Shown: in pieces, positions 52,019 to 64,000 of the stretch
How the letters are laid out: every line of letters begins with the position of its first letter
How positions within the stretch are numbered: position 1 is the stretch's first letter
Assembly: GCF_001194135.2 (NCBI RefSeq)
Contig: NC_068982.1
Span: 129,815,548 to 129,879,547 of the forward strand
DNA length: 64,000 nucleotides
Direction: 5' to 3'
DNA from: Octopus bimaculoides
Taxonomy: Eukaryota
Program-made: the position numbers and the translations under genes
The notes under the pieces: generated by a model
Databases searched by the model: none
What the model was told of the DNA's origin: nothing
The model's input: the letters and a program-made list of their open reading frames with translations, nothing else

Positions 52019-52233
52019 ATGACGGGAAGCTGGCAGAAATGTTAGCATGCTGGGCAAAATGCTTAGCGACATTTCATCTGTTTTTACATTTTGAGTTCAA
52101 ATTCTGCTGAGGTAGATTTTGTCTTTCATCCTTTTGGGGGTCAATAAATTAAGTACCAGTTGCATACTGGGTTGATCTAATCGACTGGCCCCACCTCCAC
52201 CAAAATTTCAGGCCTTGTGCCTAGAGTAGAAAA
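52019..52233 (+). mobile_element. tRNA-derived SINE with 17-bp TSD
   Basis: TSD aatattgcttgtacaag at 52002-52018 and 52234-52250; same family as 39612-39842. Confidence 0.9.
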
Positions 52234-52314
52234 AATATTGCTTGTACAAGGATGATGATCATTTACAAATATTGTGTGATGTCAGGACAAAGGGACACAA
52301 ACACACCCTGGTGT

Positions 52315-52364
<50 letters not shown>

Positions 52365-53719
52365 TGATTTCCTTTCAGTTCTTCCTCACATGACTTTAGT
52401 CAGCCTGAAGCTAGAGAAGAAGATGCCCAAGTGTTAAACAGTGAGATTGAACCTGAAAACTTATGCTTCTAGGTTCATTTTACTTGATATATTAGATGAA
52501 GTTGAGTGACAGAGTGATTATATATGATTCATTGAATAAAGTTGAGTGACAAGCTGATTATGACTCATTCTATGAGTTTGATGGATAAGAAGTCATGGGA
52601 TCTGAGAATTAGACTCAGAATATAAAAGGGACGGCTAAATACCACAAGGTATTTTATCTAGAGCTCCAGTAATTCTGCAGTTCGCTACTATTATCTAATG
52701 TGTCCAAGGACTGCAACATGCTCCAAAACAGACGCTGGAGCACAATGCAGTCCTTGAACACATCAGATCTTGTCAAACCATCCAAGTCATACCTGTATGA
52801 AACACAGATATCAAATGATAATGATGATGACGATAATGATGATGAAAACAATAATAACAATAATAATAATTTCTCATTTTAACTCAAATTTAGTGATTTT
52901 GAGGGGAGTGAATAAGTTGATTACATCGACCCCAGTGGTCAGCTGGTACTTATGTTATCAAGCATAAGAGGATGAAAGGTAGAATAGATCTCAGCAGAAT
53001 TTGAACTCAGGACATAAAGAATTAGAAGCACCTCTAAGAATTTTGTCTGATGTTCTAACGCTTCTGTTAGTTTTCTGCCTCACTACAACTTCTAATAATA
53101 CTTTCAAATTTTGTTGCAAAGCCAGTAATTTTAATGAGAGAGGGTTTGTTGATTACATCAACTCTAGTGCTCCATACCACAGATTTGCTTGTCATTTGCT
53201 TAACCATAACTGGTTGAGTATATCCCTTAAAAGCTGTCAATATGTACTGCTCTGATCACAAGCAGGAGTAGTGGGGCAGCATCATAGCCATGTGTCGAGA
53301 GGAATTCTTTAGGAGTTGAATGATTCACCCCTGGGAACATGGCTATTTTGTATATGATCCTTGACAACCATTATTCAGGGACCTTTTGAGCAAGATGGGC
53401 TATTCGACCTGAAGAAAATTCTAACTGGGCCCCCACCTGCAAGGTCATGCACTGATTATCTTGATATGAGGTCACCATGTCGTACACATATGGTTGTGAT
53501 GCATGTGCCTGGTGTACCCTTATCAGTTGACCAGTCATGGTGGGTATATTGGGCTTCATATATCACTGTTTTCCTTTGGTTGGGTTGTAAGAAGATATAC
53601 CCTGCCCTAAAAAACAGGATCATAACAGTTTTTGTAACTTACTCTTGCTAATGGATGAATATTATACTGTTGAAAACATATAAGAAAGGAAATTAATTCA
53701 CCCTATACACATGTGTATC

Positions 53720-54025
53720 TTTTGCAAGCGAGTTTGCTGCCAGTACTGCTGGACTGGCTCCTGTGCAGGTGGCACGTAAAATACACCATTTTGAGTGTGG
53801 CCATTGCCAGTACCTCCTGACTGGCCTTCGTGCCGGTGGCACGTAAAAGCACCCACTACACTCTCGGAGTAGTTGGCATTAGGAAGGGCATCCAGCTGTA
53901 GAAACTCTACCAAATCAGATTGGAGCCTGGTGTAGCCATCTGGTTCACCAGTCCTCAGTCAAATCGTCCAACCCATGCTAGCATGGAAAGCGGATGTTAA
54001 ACGACAATGATGATGATGATGATGA
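53720..54025 (+). mobile_element. RTE-type 3' tail repeat with 2 internal sub-repeats
   Basis: Ends gcggatgttaaacgacaatgatgatgatgat. Confidence 0.75.
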
Positions 54026-55640
54026 GACATTGACTAATGACAAATACAGCAAGGTACCATCTCCATATCACCAAAGGAGACAAAGTGTTGAGAAAGGGAG
54101 TAAATTTCTTGTAGCAACTAACATTGTGTGAATGAGACAGAATGATGGTGAGGATGACGATGAAAATAATAGTGATGTTTATTTTAGGTTCTTAGAACAC
54201 AATTAGTTGCTAGCTCTAAGCAAGTGGTTAGTCAAGATTAGTAAATAGATAGAACAGACATTGTATTATGCTCCAAGAATAGTTCAATAAAGAGACAATT
54301 TTTTTTGCTACCAACTGCTTGTCTTGGAGTTAATTGCTGTGAGGTAACAAGTAGTCATGATCTATGATTAATTAGAAAATAAAGATATGTTGATCTAATT
54401 AAATGTCGTTAATCAGTGGGACATAGCTTGTAGGATTTTGATGAAGCATGGTGTGGTGTTACAAGTTAGAGAATAGAATTTTGTTGATAAAAAGATGTTT
54501 AATTAAAAGTATATTTCCATTTGAATGTAAATTATGTATGAAGCTGCTTAAAATTTTAAGAGGCATAATATGGAAAATGTGACATTTATTGGCTTTCTTT
54601 ATGTTATAATGAAGTGAAATAATTGCAATCAAAAATGTGTTTCAATTAGCTGGTTGGTTAATCAGGGCGCTCACATTTCAGCTGAAATGTTGCTTGCTTA
54701 TATTGTCACCAACACTGTTCTGTCCTTGAAAATAAAAAAAGACATTTAAATTACTGTTTTATGTAATGGCTGATATTAGGAATTATAAAGAAAAATGAAA
54801 ACCATTTTCTAATACTTATAGAATTCAAGAATTAATTTCAGTTACTCAATAGCAAATTTTATAAAAATAGAACTAATTTATGACATATGGACATACTAAT
54901 TACTTATTGTCATTTAGAAAGAGAGATACTATTTTCAGTTGTTAGTGTAATTCCTGAATTACAAAATATAGTCAAAAGAAAGATGGAAAAAAGAGAATGC
55001 CCAAATTCTAATTTTTTAACAATCAAATTCAAGTTTGCAGAGTTTTGTAACTCAGAAATTGTAAACTGATCCAGAATGTCATATGAATAATTGATTAGTA
55101 ATATTGGTTTCAAATTTTGGCACAAGGTCAGCAGTTTCAGCAGAGGGAAATAGTTGATTACATTGACCCCATTGCTCAAATAGTACTTATTTTATCGGCC
55201 TTGAAAGGATGAAGAGCAAAGTCAATCTCAGCAGGATTTGAACTCAAAATGTAAAGATGTACAAATGCTGCTTAGCATTTTGCCTGGTGTGCTAATAATT
55301 CTGGCTTTAATTGAGCAGTGATATTGTGAAGGTATGTGACATAATGGTTTGGGCCTTAGGCTCATGATTGTTAAGGTTGTGAGTTTGATTCTTGGACTGG
55401 GGTACACATTGTGTCCTTGAACAAATACACTTCAATTGATGTTGCTTTAGTTCATTCACCTGAAATGAGTACTAATGACAACTGCAAATATTAACCCTGC
55501 AACAGACTAGCAATTGGCATCCTGTTCAGTAAATTATGTACTCTCAGTTGCTTAAACACCATAAAAAATTGTAATTAACTCTGGTCTTTTGAGCTTTTAG
55601 GCTTGAGACATTTTTTTCCTAACTAGTAACATTTCTTGCA

Positions 55641-57251
55641 AAGGCACATGGCTAAGTGGTTAGGTTATTCAGCTCATGATTATAAAGCTACGAGTTTGAT
55701 ACCTGGTGGTGAGTTGCATCCTTGAACATAACAATTTATTTCATGTTGCTTCAGTCCATTCAGCTGGCAAAAATGGGTAGTACCTATATTTCAAAAGGCC
55801 AGCTTTATCACATACTGTGTCATGCTGAGTATCCTGAGAACTATTGGGTTGGCAACTAAGTTCCTGCCATTTAAAAAAATTTTGGAATTTATTGCGTTTT
55901 TAAATTTTGGAATCTATTTTTTTCGAGAATTCTATTTTTGAATCATTTTGGAATCTATTTTTTTCTAGTTAATTTTAGTTAATTTTTGTTTATTTTCAGA
56001 TCATTAAAATGGAATGTCAAGTTTAGAAAAATGAGCATTTTTGACACCTCTTTTTTGCTTTTAATCAAGGTTCTAAGGTCGCAAAAGCTGCTTGTGACAT
56101 TTGTGCTGCATATGGAGAGAGTGCCATAGCTGAAAGAACCACTCGTGATTGGTATGTCAAGTTCAAAAATGGAAATTTTGACCTCAAACACGCACCTCGT
56201 TCTGGCTGTCCAGTTGAGATCAATGAAGAGCAATTAAACCTTAAACCAACTTTTGCATGAAAATTCTCATCAAACAACAAGGGAACTGGCAGAGAAAATG
56301 GAATGCTCCCACACCTGTTATAGAGAAGCATCTTCACTCGATGGGTGAGGCTCAGAAGTATGGAGCATGGGTTCCGCATGCTTTAAGTAACAACAACAAA
56401 AATCAACAAGCCACAATCTCTGTTGGTTTGCTTGCTCATCACCGCACAACTCATGGACACAAGCAAGAATTTCTTTACCGAATTGTTACTGGCGACAATA
56501 AATGGTACCTGTACATCAATATGAAGCAGTGTAAGGAATGGCTTAACCCCGGTAAACAAGTGACACCGCGCGTGAAACAAGATCTTCATCTGCGTAAAAC
56601 GATATAAGTATGGTGGGACTGGGAAGGGATTATCCATTATGAATTGCTTGAACAGAACCAAACAGTCAACACGGAACTCTATGTTCAACAGATGGAGTGA
56701 CTCAACACAGCTATTCAAGAGAAAAGACCTAATTGGCAGCATGGAGTTCTGCTGCACAACAACGCCCGCCCTCATATCGCCAATATGACCAAGGAAGCCA
56801 TTCAAACGCATGGCTGAGAAGTGCTGCCACACCCGCCATACTCTCCTGATTTGGCACCAACGGATTTCCACCTCTTTCAATCGCTTTCATATGCTATACG
56901 CAGAGTTTCGTTCAATACTGATGCAGAATTGAGAGCTTGGCTGGATTATTTTTTCGAGTCGAAATCAGGTGATTTCTACCAACGAGGTATTGAAAATCTT
57001 GTTGAACGTTGGGAAGAAGTTCTAAACAACAAGGGTGAATACATTATTGATTAATTAGTTGTTATTTTTTATTAAACCTTTTAAAAAATTTAAATTAAAA
57101 AAAAACAGCAGGAAATTAGTTGCCAACCCAATACATTAAATGTACATATGTTTGCAGAGTGTTCAGCCACTTGCACATTAAGTTCACAAGCAGGCTGTTC
57201 CATTGATTGGATCAACTGGAACCCTCATTGTCATAACCGGTGGAGTGCCAC
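55641..57251 (+). mobile_element. tRNA-derived SINE split by a mariner insertion
   Basis: 55641-55843 plus 57134-57251 rejoin to match 41035-41353. Confidence 0.85.
55844..57131 (+). mobile_element. Full-length defective mariner (1288 bp)
   Basis: TIR TTGGGTTGGCAACTAA(G/T)TTCCTGC with TA duplication; transposase pseudogene 56009-57054 with WVPHAL, VTGDNKW, HNNARPH and PPYSPDLAPTDFHLF; stops and frameshifts. Confidence 0.95.
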
Positions 57252-57759
57252 TTAATTAGCTAGTGACATTGCTAGTGGTGTTTGAAAAGTATGTCATAAA
57301 GAATAACACTGAATATATAAAAAATACTACCTAGATGATGCAAGCACTTGTTCTACAGTTTGTTTTGATAATCTAATATCACAGATGTGAAGTGTAGAGC
57401 CGTTGTTTTTTTTATTATTCAGAATGTTTGAATATTCTTTAATATTTTTCATTTTTTATTTCACTAGGCTTCAGCTGAAAGAAGGAGATCAGTCTTTCCA
57501 TTAAATTTGCAGATTCTCTTGGATTGGTGAGATTAGTGGAATTAACTTTCCTCTTGAAAAGATGCAAGTCGACAAAAGTAGGAAAAACATTTGTAGGGAG
57601 GACATCTTAGGGTCCTAATATTTTAGGTAAGGTGGACCAAGTATACTGTTTCAAGTGAGGCCTGCAGTTCCTTCAGACAGGTTGTCTTGAACTCCTTTTT
57701 ATAATCTGGAGAACTATAATAAATAGGAAGAAAATGAGAATTGAACCCTGATAGACCCC

Positions 57760-58560
57760 TACATGAGTGCTGAATGCATTGCTGAACATGTTGCTCTCTC
57801 TTTGCAGATAGTACTCATGGACATGGTTTTCACATCACTGAAAAACTAATCATCAACAATATTTTTAGTGATACAAGATAGAATCCCGTAAAAGTTTTTT
57901 TCCAGATCAACAAATGTTATGTATAGAGAACATCTATTGTAGTTGTCTCATTAATAAGACATCATCTACATTTCCTCTGATTTTACTTCCTAATTAGCTG
58001 TATTATATTATTTCTGTTACTTTCTTAACTTGATCCATAAGTTAGATGCACCTGCAGCTGCTACTTTGCCTTTGCAACAGCTAATGATCTTACTACTACT
58101 TCAGTCATTAAGAAATTAACCACCTTGCACTGCAAGAAATATTATGTGAGTAACTGAAACTAAATATCTTACTGTGTCAGATATTTTCAAAGTTTCTGCA
58201 ACTATTCCTGATGTTTTCTTGCCTTCACATCCTTAACGGTCCTTTTGACTATACAGGTGTCAACTTCTCTAGTTGTCCCTGTCTCTGCTATTCATTTTCC
58301 TCATACAGCAACATCTTAAAGTAACATATCCTTACTTTGTTCTTCCTGGAATCAGTGAGAGCAAGTGTGCTGCAATTATTCTGTACACATTTTCCATCGA
58401 CAGTATTCTAATTTCTACTGATACATTACTTTGCAATTTGGTTTACATTGCACTCAGATCATCAATAAATAGAATTTTGGTAAACTTTTAACTTCATCTT
58501 CTCTCTTTGTTAAGTGTGCCAAATGCTGAGATCCTTTTATAGTTACCTCACATTTTCCAT
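57760..58560 (-). pseudogene. Highly degenerate RTE-like LINE fragment
   Basis: Only a KTSGIVAETLKIS-like piece is recognisable. Confidence 0.3.
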
Positions 58561-58639
58561 GCTACTACTCTTTTCTCTAATCATTTTAGGTCTATCAGTT
58601 AGTTTCTTTCTATGTCTATTTAGTATGCTATTTTACCAC

Positions 58640-59880
58640 AGCTGCTAAAAAAGTATTTGGTCAAAAGTAAGCCACTGTACTTAGTTTCTGTTGACCTGGA
58701 GAAAGCCATCGGTAGAGTGTCCACTCTGTTATATGGTGGTCTCTAAGGAAGCTAGGAGTAGAGGAATGGCTTATTAGAGCTGTACAAGCTATGTACAGTG
58801 GTGATATCAGTAAAGTGAGAGTCAGACATGAATACAGTGATGAATTTAGTGTACAAGTAGGGGTTCACCAGGGCTCAGTTCTTAGTCCACTCTTATTCAC
58901 CATAGTCCTCCAAGCCATAACAGAGGAATTAAAAACTGGATGCCTGTGGGAATTATTATATGCTGATGACCTCACGCTCTTATTGCAGAATCTAAAGTAG
59001 AATGGGAGAAGAAATTCCAGGTATGGAAGCAAAACCTGGAATAAAAGGGCATTAAAGTTAAACTAGTAAAGTTGTTAGCAAGAAAGCAGACAAGACTTTC
59101 TTTCTGTCAGGTAAACAGCCCTGTTCAATATGTAGGAAAGGAGTGGGAAATAATTCCATTTGCTGCACCCAGTGTAAGCTATGGACACATAAGAGGTGCA
59201 GTGGAATCACAGGTAGATTACCAAATAGGGCCACCTTCTTGTGTGGCTGATGTGCAGGAACGATAAGCACTAAAAGCACACAGGACTTAGAATCTTCAAA
59301 ATGCCCAGGGAGTAGATAGTTTCTGTTACATAGGTGACCAAATTAGCAATGGTGGTGGATGCTCTGAAAGTAGTTTCTAGAATAAGAATAGGATGGAGGA
59401 AGTTCAGAGAGCTATTACCTCTGTTGGCAACAAAAAGACTCTCTCTCAGAGTGAAAGGTAGATTGTATGATGTTTGTGTATGATTGGCTATACTCCATGG
59501 TAGTGAGACATGGGCTCTGAATGCAGAGGACATGCATAGACTAGAGAGGAATGAAAGCAGTATACTCCACTGGATATGCAGCATTAGTGTGCATGAATAA
59601 CAAAGCGCAAATGTGTTGAGAGAAAAGTTGGGCATAAGAAGAATCAAATGCAGCATGCAAGAGAGGAGACTAAGTTGGTTTGGGCATGTGATGCATATAA
59701 ATGAAGGCAGCTGTATAAAGAAATGCTTGTCACTGAAAGTGGATAGTACCTGTGGAAAAGGAAGGCCTAGGAAGACATGGGATGAAGTGGTGAGGGCCAA
59801 TCTCAGGATGTTGGGCTGACAAAGGAAATGACAATGGACCAAGATGTTTGGTGATATGAGGTTCTGCCCAGATCAGCAAA
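58640..59880 (+). pseudogene. RTE-clade LINE reverse transcriptase 3' half
   Basis: VDLEKA, GVHQGSVLSPLLF, LLYADDL, RIRIGWRKFRELLPLL, HGSETW, RRLSWFGHV and GRPRKTW; stops and frameshifts. Confidence 0.93.
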
Positions 59881-60182
59881 ACCGAGTTCTAGAAGCATTG
59901 TGTCCCATTCACATGTAACAATAAAATTTCACACACCCTACCCCAACAAACCAAACTACATCTCCTCTCCCAAACAGTGTCTTTTATCTTCCTCGCATTT
60001 CCTCTGAATACACTATGACTATCTCCCACTCTAAGGTGGTTGGCATTAAAATGAGCATCCAGCTGTAAAAACCATGCCAGAACAGACAAAGTCTGGTGCA
60101 GTCTTCTGCCTGGTCAGCTCCTGTCAAACCGTCCAACATATGCCAGCATGAAACACAGACAGTAGATGGTGGTGATGATGTA

Positions 60183-60215
<33 letters not shown>

Positions 60216-62734
60216 AGGAGCATTGCTCTGTTCTCAAGATCTGATTTGTGACTTGCAATTGGGTTAGTCTATGACGACTTGTCCAACCAATACCATCAAG
60301 AAATTTAATGCAAAATGGTGATGAAAATATTTTTACACTGAAATATTCCATCATCATCATCATTTATGTTTGGTCTTTGTGCTGATATACATTGGACAAG
60401 CTACTGTGATCTGAATTAGTTCTTAATTTGAAATTACTGCTCTCCTAGATGTGTTAGAGGACCATATCACACTGAGAAATTGTTTCATTTTTGGTATGGT
60501 TTCCATGGCTGGATACCTTTTCTAATACCAACTACTTTACAAAATGTACTGTGTGCTTTTTATCAAGACACCAGCATTATTAGAGAATCGTCCCTAAGAT
60601 GATTCTCCAAGAGAATCATCCCTATTCGATGTCTCCATTTGTTCAAAGTAACATGACCAAGAGGGCGAAAAGAAGGGAGAGTAGTAGGGACAAGAGCACA
60701 ATGGGGAAAACAGCGGAGTGGAGGAGAGATAGTGGAAGGAATAGTGGATGAGATACAGAGCTGGAGTTAGGGTAGTACGCAGAGAAACAGCATGGTGTTA
60801 CAGTGAATATTAAAGGGGCTGAGTAGCAAAGATATTGAGTGAGAAAAAAAAAGGGTATCAGAGAGCATTATGGGAGAAACAGAATAACAGTGAAATATAC
60901 TGATGCAATTAAATCAATGTGTTTGAATAAATGTCTGATATATTGAAGAGAGAAGAAATAAGGTAACAATTTAGTTAATTTTTATTTGATATATGTATCA
61001 TATGGATAAAAAAAACAGCTTTCTTCTGCATGGAAAGTTGCTTTACTTACGAAGTCATATGATTATTTTTTGATATTTTTTTTTAAGAAGTATATGTCTC
61101 ATTGAGTCAGGGACTACTACTGCTGATTGCGTTTACACTTCATTTACAGTATGTACTAAAGAAAGATACACTTGAATAATGTGACACTGTCTTTTCAAGT
61201 TATGTATTCACATAATTTTCAGAGGTCTGGTGCATATTTAATAGCTAAGGCATGTAGAGTTATGTGCTCTTCCAAGAAACACCTGTGAAACATCAGTAAG
61301 ACACCTGAATATGTCTTATTCACTTTGTTAGTTCACTTCTTGTAGTTTTTAAAAATCTCATATTTTGGAGGAAATAAATGCATTTGTAAATGGCTTAAAA
61401 CAAGAACTATTCAGTTCATTTTCTCATCAGTTGTTGTTGTTCAGATACAGATCAACCCTCATTGAACAGGCATTTCAGCCTTATCATCCCATCTTTTTCT
61501 ATATACAGGACTACATTGTCCAATGTATATGTCTATTCTATTTTTTAAGATGGTAGAGTGTAATTTGAAGGAATCTTGTTGCTATCTCTAGCAAGTCAAA
61601 AATCAATTGTTAGCTTGTTTTCCCATCAGTTTATCCTGATGAAAATGTCAGTTGAATATTAACCATCAAACAAGCTTTTGTAAAACTTTCTCTGTATGTA
61701 TCACGTAGTAGATATTATACCGTGCATATATATATTATTAAACAATCTATTAATAACATGAGGATATGAGACTTTGAAATAGTACATGTTTGAAAATAAT
61801 TGTAAACTACAAAGTTCCTTGCAGGCACTTCACCAGTGAACCAAATGATCAACAGAAGAAATATTCCAGAAACAAAAAAAAAAAAAAATTATATTAATAA
61901 TAATATATAATTTACTACTACTAAAATCTTTTGAAATAGGGTTAGGAGTTTCTGAATAGATATCTAACTTATTGGAAGCAAAGATAAGCAACTGAATAGG
62001 AATGTATTAAAAAAAAAAATCTATCACATTGCAGACAGTAAGCTTACAGAGGTTGGAATTCAAGCATTGAGACATGGGGAAAATAGAAACCACAGTTGCA
62101 ACGTTACAGTTACCTGGTGAGGGAAAAATGATTTCCTGTTTCATTTTCTACGACAGGTTAGAAAATATTGAATATGTAGATAATATTAAGTGTTTTGCAC
62201 ATATATACACACACACACACATACACATACATATATATGATATATATATGTTGGCAATGTCTTGAAAGTATAGACATATACAAGTCTTGAATCCAAATAT
62301 CTTCCATAGGATCAGATGATAATTAAAGGAATGCTTTTCTAGAAGAATATTTATTAAGTAGAGCTTTTCATTCATTTTGGGTAACGTTTCAACAGGGTAT
62401 TACATAAGTTATATTTTTTAAATGGACATAGGATTTAAATGGTAGGCAAACAAGTGGGAACGAGAATGACAGAGCTAAAGTTAAGTAAAAGGAGCCAACA
62501 ACGATAGATGGCTTAGTTTAAAAACACTAGCAAAAGCTAGTTTGCAATTAAAAGAACCTATATATCAGCAGAACATTCTTCTATTTGAAAAACTCATAGC
62601 AGAATTTAAATTAAAATTTTCACAGAGAAGGCTATTTTATATAAACAAACAGAGTGTGTGTTGCGCTACATGGATGTAATGCAAATATCCTAAGTATATT
62701 ACATATGATGTTATATACATGTATTATATCTGTA

Positions 62735-62765
<31 letters not shown>

Positions 62766-62799
62766 ATGTATGTATGTAATATATATATATACACACACA

Positions 62800-63979
62800 C
62801 AGGGTGGAATGGGTAAATTGTTGCCATTTTATATTTTTAATTTCGTGCATGCACATTGTTTTTGATTTTGTCAACTACAGTATAGTTGGAACAGTTGGGC
62901 ATCATGAGACAATTCTCTCTGCCAGAAATTTGGAAACAGCATGCTGTACTGCTTGGCAATTCATGCCAGAAACTCCAATATGAACATTTCAGAGTGTTTG
63001 GGTGTTAATCTGAGGACAGTGCAGAGGATTTGGAAAGAGTTGGAGGAGTCTAATGGTGATTACAAAGGTATGGTAGCTCGGAAAACTCACTCTGATTGTT
63101 CTAAGAAAAGAACTCCTAAATTTATTGGCGAGATCTAGGCCATGATTGACAACGATCATTCCAAGTCAACCAGGTCCATGAGAGTGTCTGAGTTTCTTAT
63201 TAGGCAGGTAGTGCATGATAACATTCGGTATTCCTCATACAAGATGAGAAAAGGCCAATTTTTATATGAAGCTATCAAGGACAAGAGGAAAGACTGTGCT
63301 ATGAAGCTTTTGAACGAACATGCTTTGGTTTTTCTCAAACGAGAAAAATTTCTACCAGGATCAGATGGTGAATGCAGGACAACTGTACTGAGAATGATAA
63401 AAGTCAAACATACAATCAACATCATGGTGTTTGGAGTGATCATTAGTGATGGCAATGTTATACCTCCATTCATCTTCCCACAGACTCTATACAGAGGCCT
63501 ACATCAAGTGCCTGGAGGAGGTAGTGCTGCTGGAAGACCCTATATCTGGCAATAGGACTCTGCACTATGCCACACAGGCAGGAAAACTGAGTCATGGCTA
63601 TCAGACAATTTTTGTGACCACATCACCCCTAACAACTGGCCACCTATCTCCCCAGACTGCAACCCCTTTGATTATTATGTGTATGGTGGAGTTGAGAGAG
63701 AGACCAACAAAACTCCTTGTAACACCAAAGATGAATTGACGGCAAGGATTATGGCAGCATTCACAGACTTAAACAAGGGGACTGTCCAGAAGAGTTGAAG
63801 GAGATTCCGAAGTCGACTAGAGGCCATGGTAGAAACCAATGGCGATTTTATTGAATAAATTTACTCTTTAGTATTTCAAGACATTTTTATGTAATCTTTG
63901 TAAATATATCTGTTAGAATGAGATGTCAGTGTTATTCTCATTTTTGTGTAATTTAGATGACAATTTATTGACCACACTG
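62800..63979 (+). mobile_element. Defective Tc1/mariner element of the DD37D (maT) family
   Basis: Transposase remnant 62904-63858; second-to-third Asp spacing DSALCH...SPDCNPFD counts as D37D; degenerate TIRs cagggtgg..taaattgt / cagtgtgg..taaattgt. Confidence 0.88.
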
Positions 63980-64000
63980 TGTGTGTATATATATGTATAA

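Noticed and set aside
57468-57526. Plus-strand exon-like unit (strong acceptor, GTGAGA donor, ASAERRRSVFPLNLQILLD)
   Set aside because: No partner exons or recognisable protein found.
1-64000. CRISPR arrays, rRNA genes, prokaryotic operons
   Set aside because: None seen; the window is intron-rich eukaryotic DNA and its tandem repeats lack unique spacers.

Overview
AT-rich, repeat-dense eukaryotic DNA with three N-gaps. The repeat content resembles an octopus/coleoid cephalopod genome (inference, not checked). The left half carries one recognisable gene on the minus strand, CASC3/Barentsz/MLN51 (exon junction complex subunit). Eight coding exons join in frame from the ATG at 29138 to 375 (2302 nt, 767 codons + 1 nt) and the gene runs off the left edge. 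It includes two micro-exons, an acidic exon, the Btz/SELOR domain and a 1478-nt exon holding 19 copies of an RRDYGDN heptad. No other gene could be recognised. The rest is mobile DNA: Tc1/mariner elements (DD34D-type, DD37D maT, deleted and fold-back forms), piggyBac-, hAT- and Merlin-like MITEs, RTE, CR1-like and R4/Dong-like LINE fragments, several tRNA-derived SINE families and microsatellites. Best leads: (1) a complete 563-bp miniature LTR retrotransposon (TRIM) at 40220-40782 with a tRNA-Ser primer site, polypurine tract and target duplication; (2) two long intronic hairpins in CASC3 (9282-9692, 22437-22643), each with mirrored minimal hammerhead-ribozyme-like cores of the Penelope type; (3) the charged heptad array and an AG|GT dual splice site next to the SELOR exon. 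All alignments were done by eye and no database was searched.
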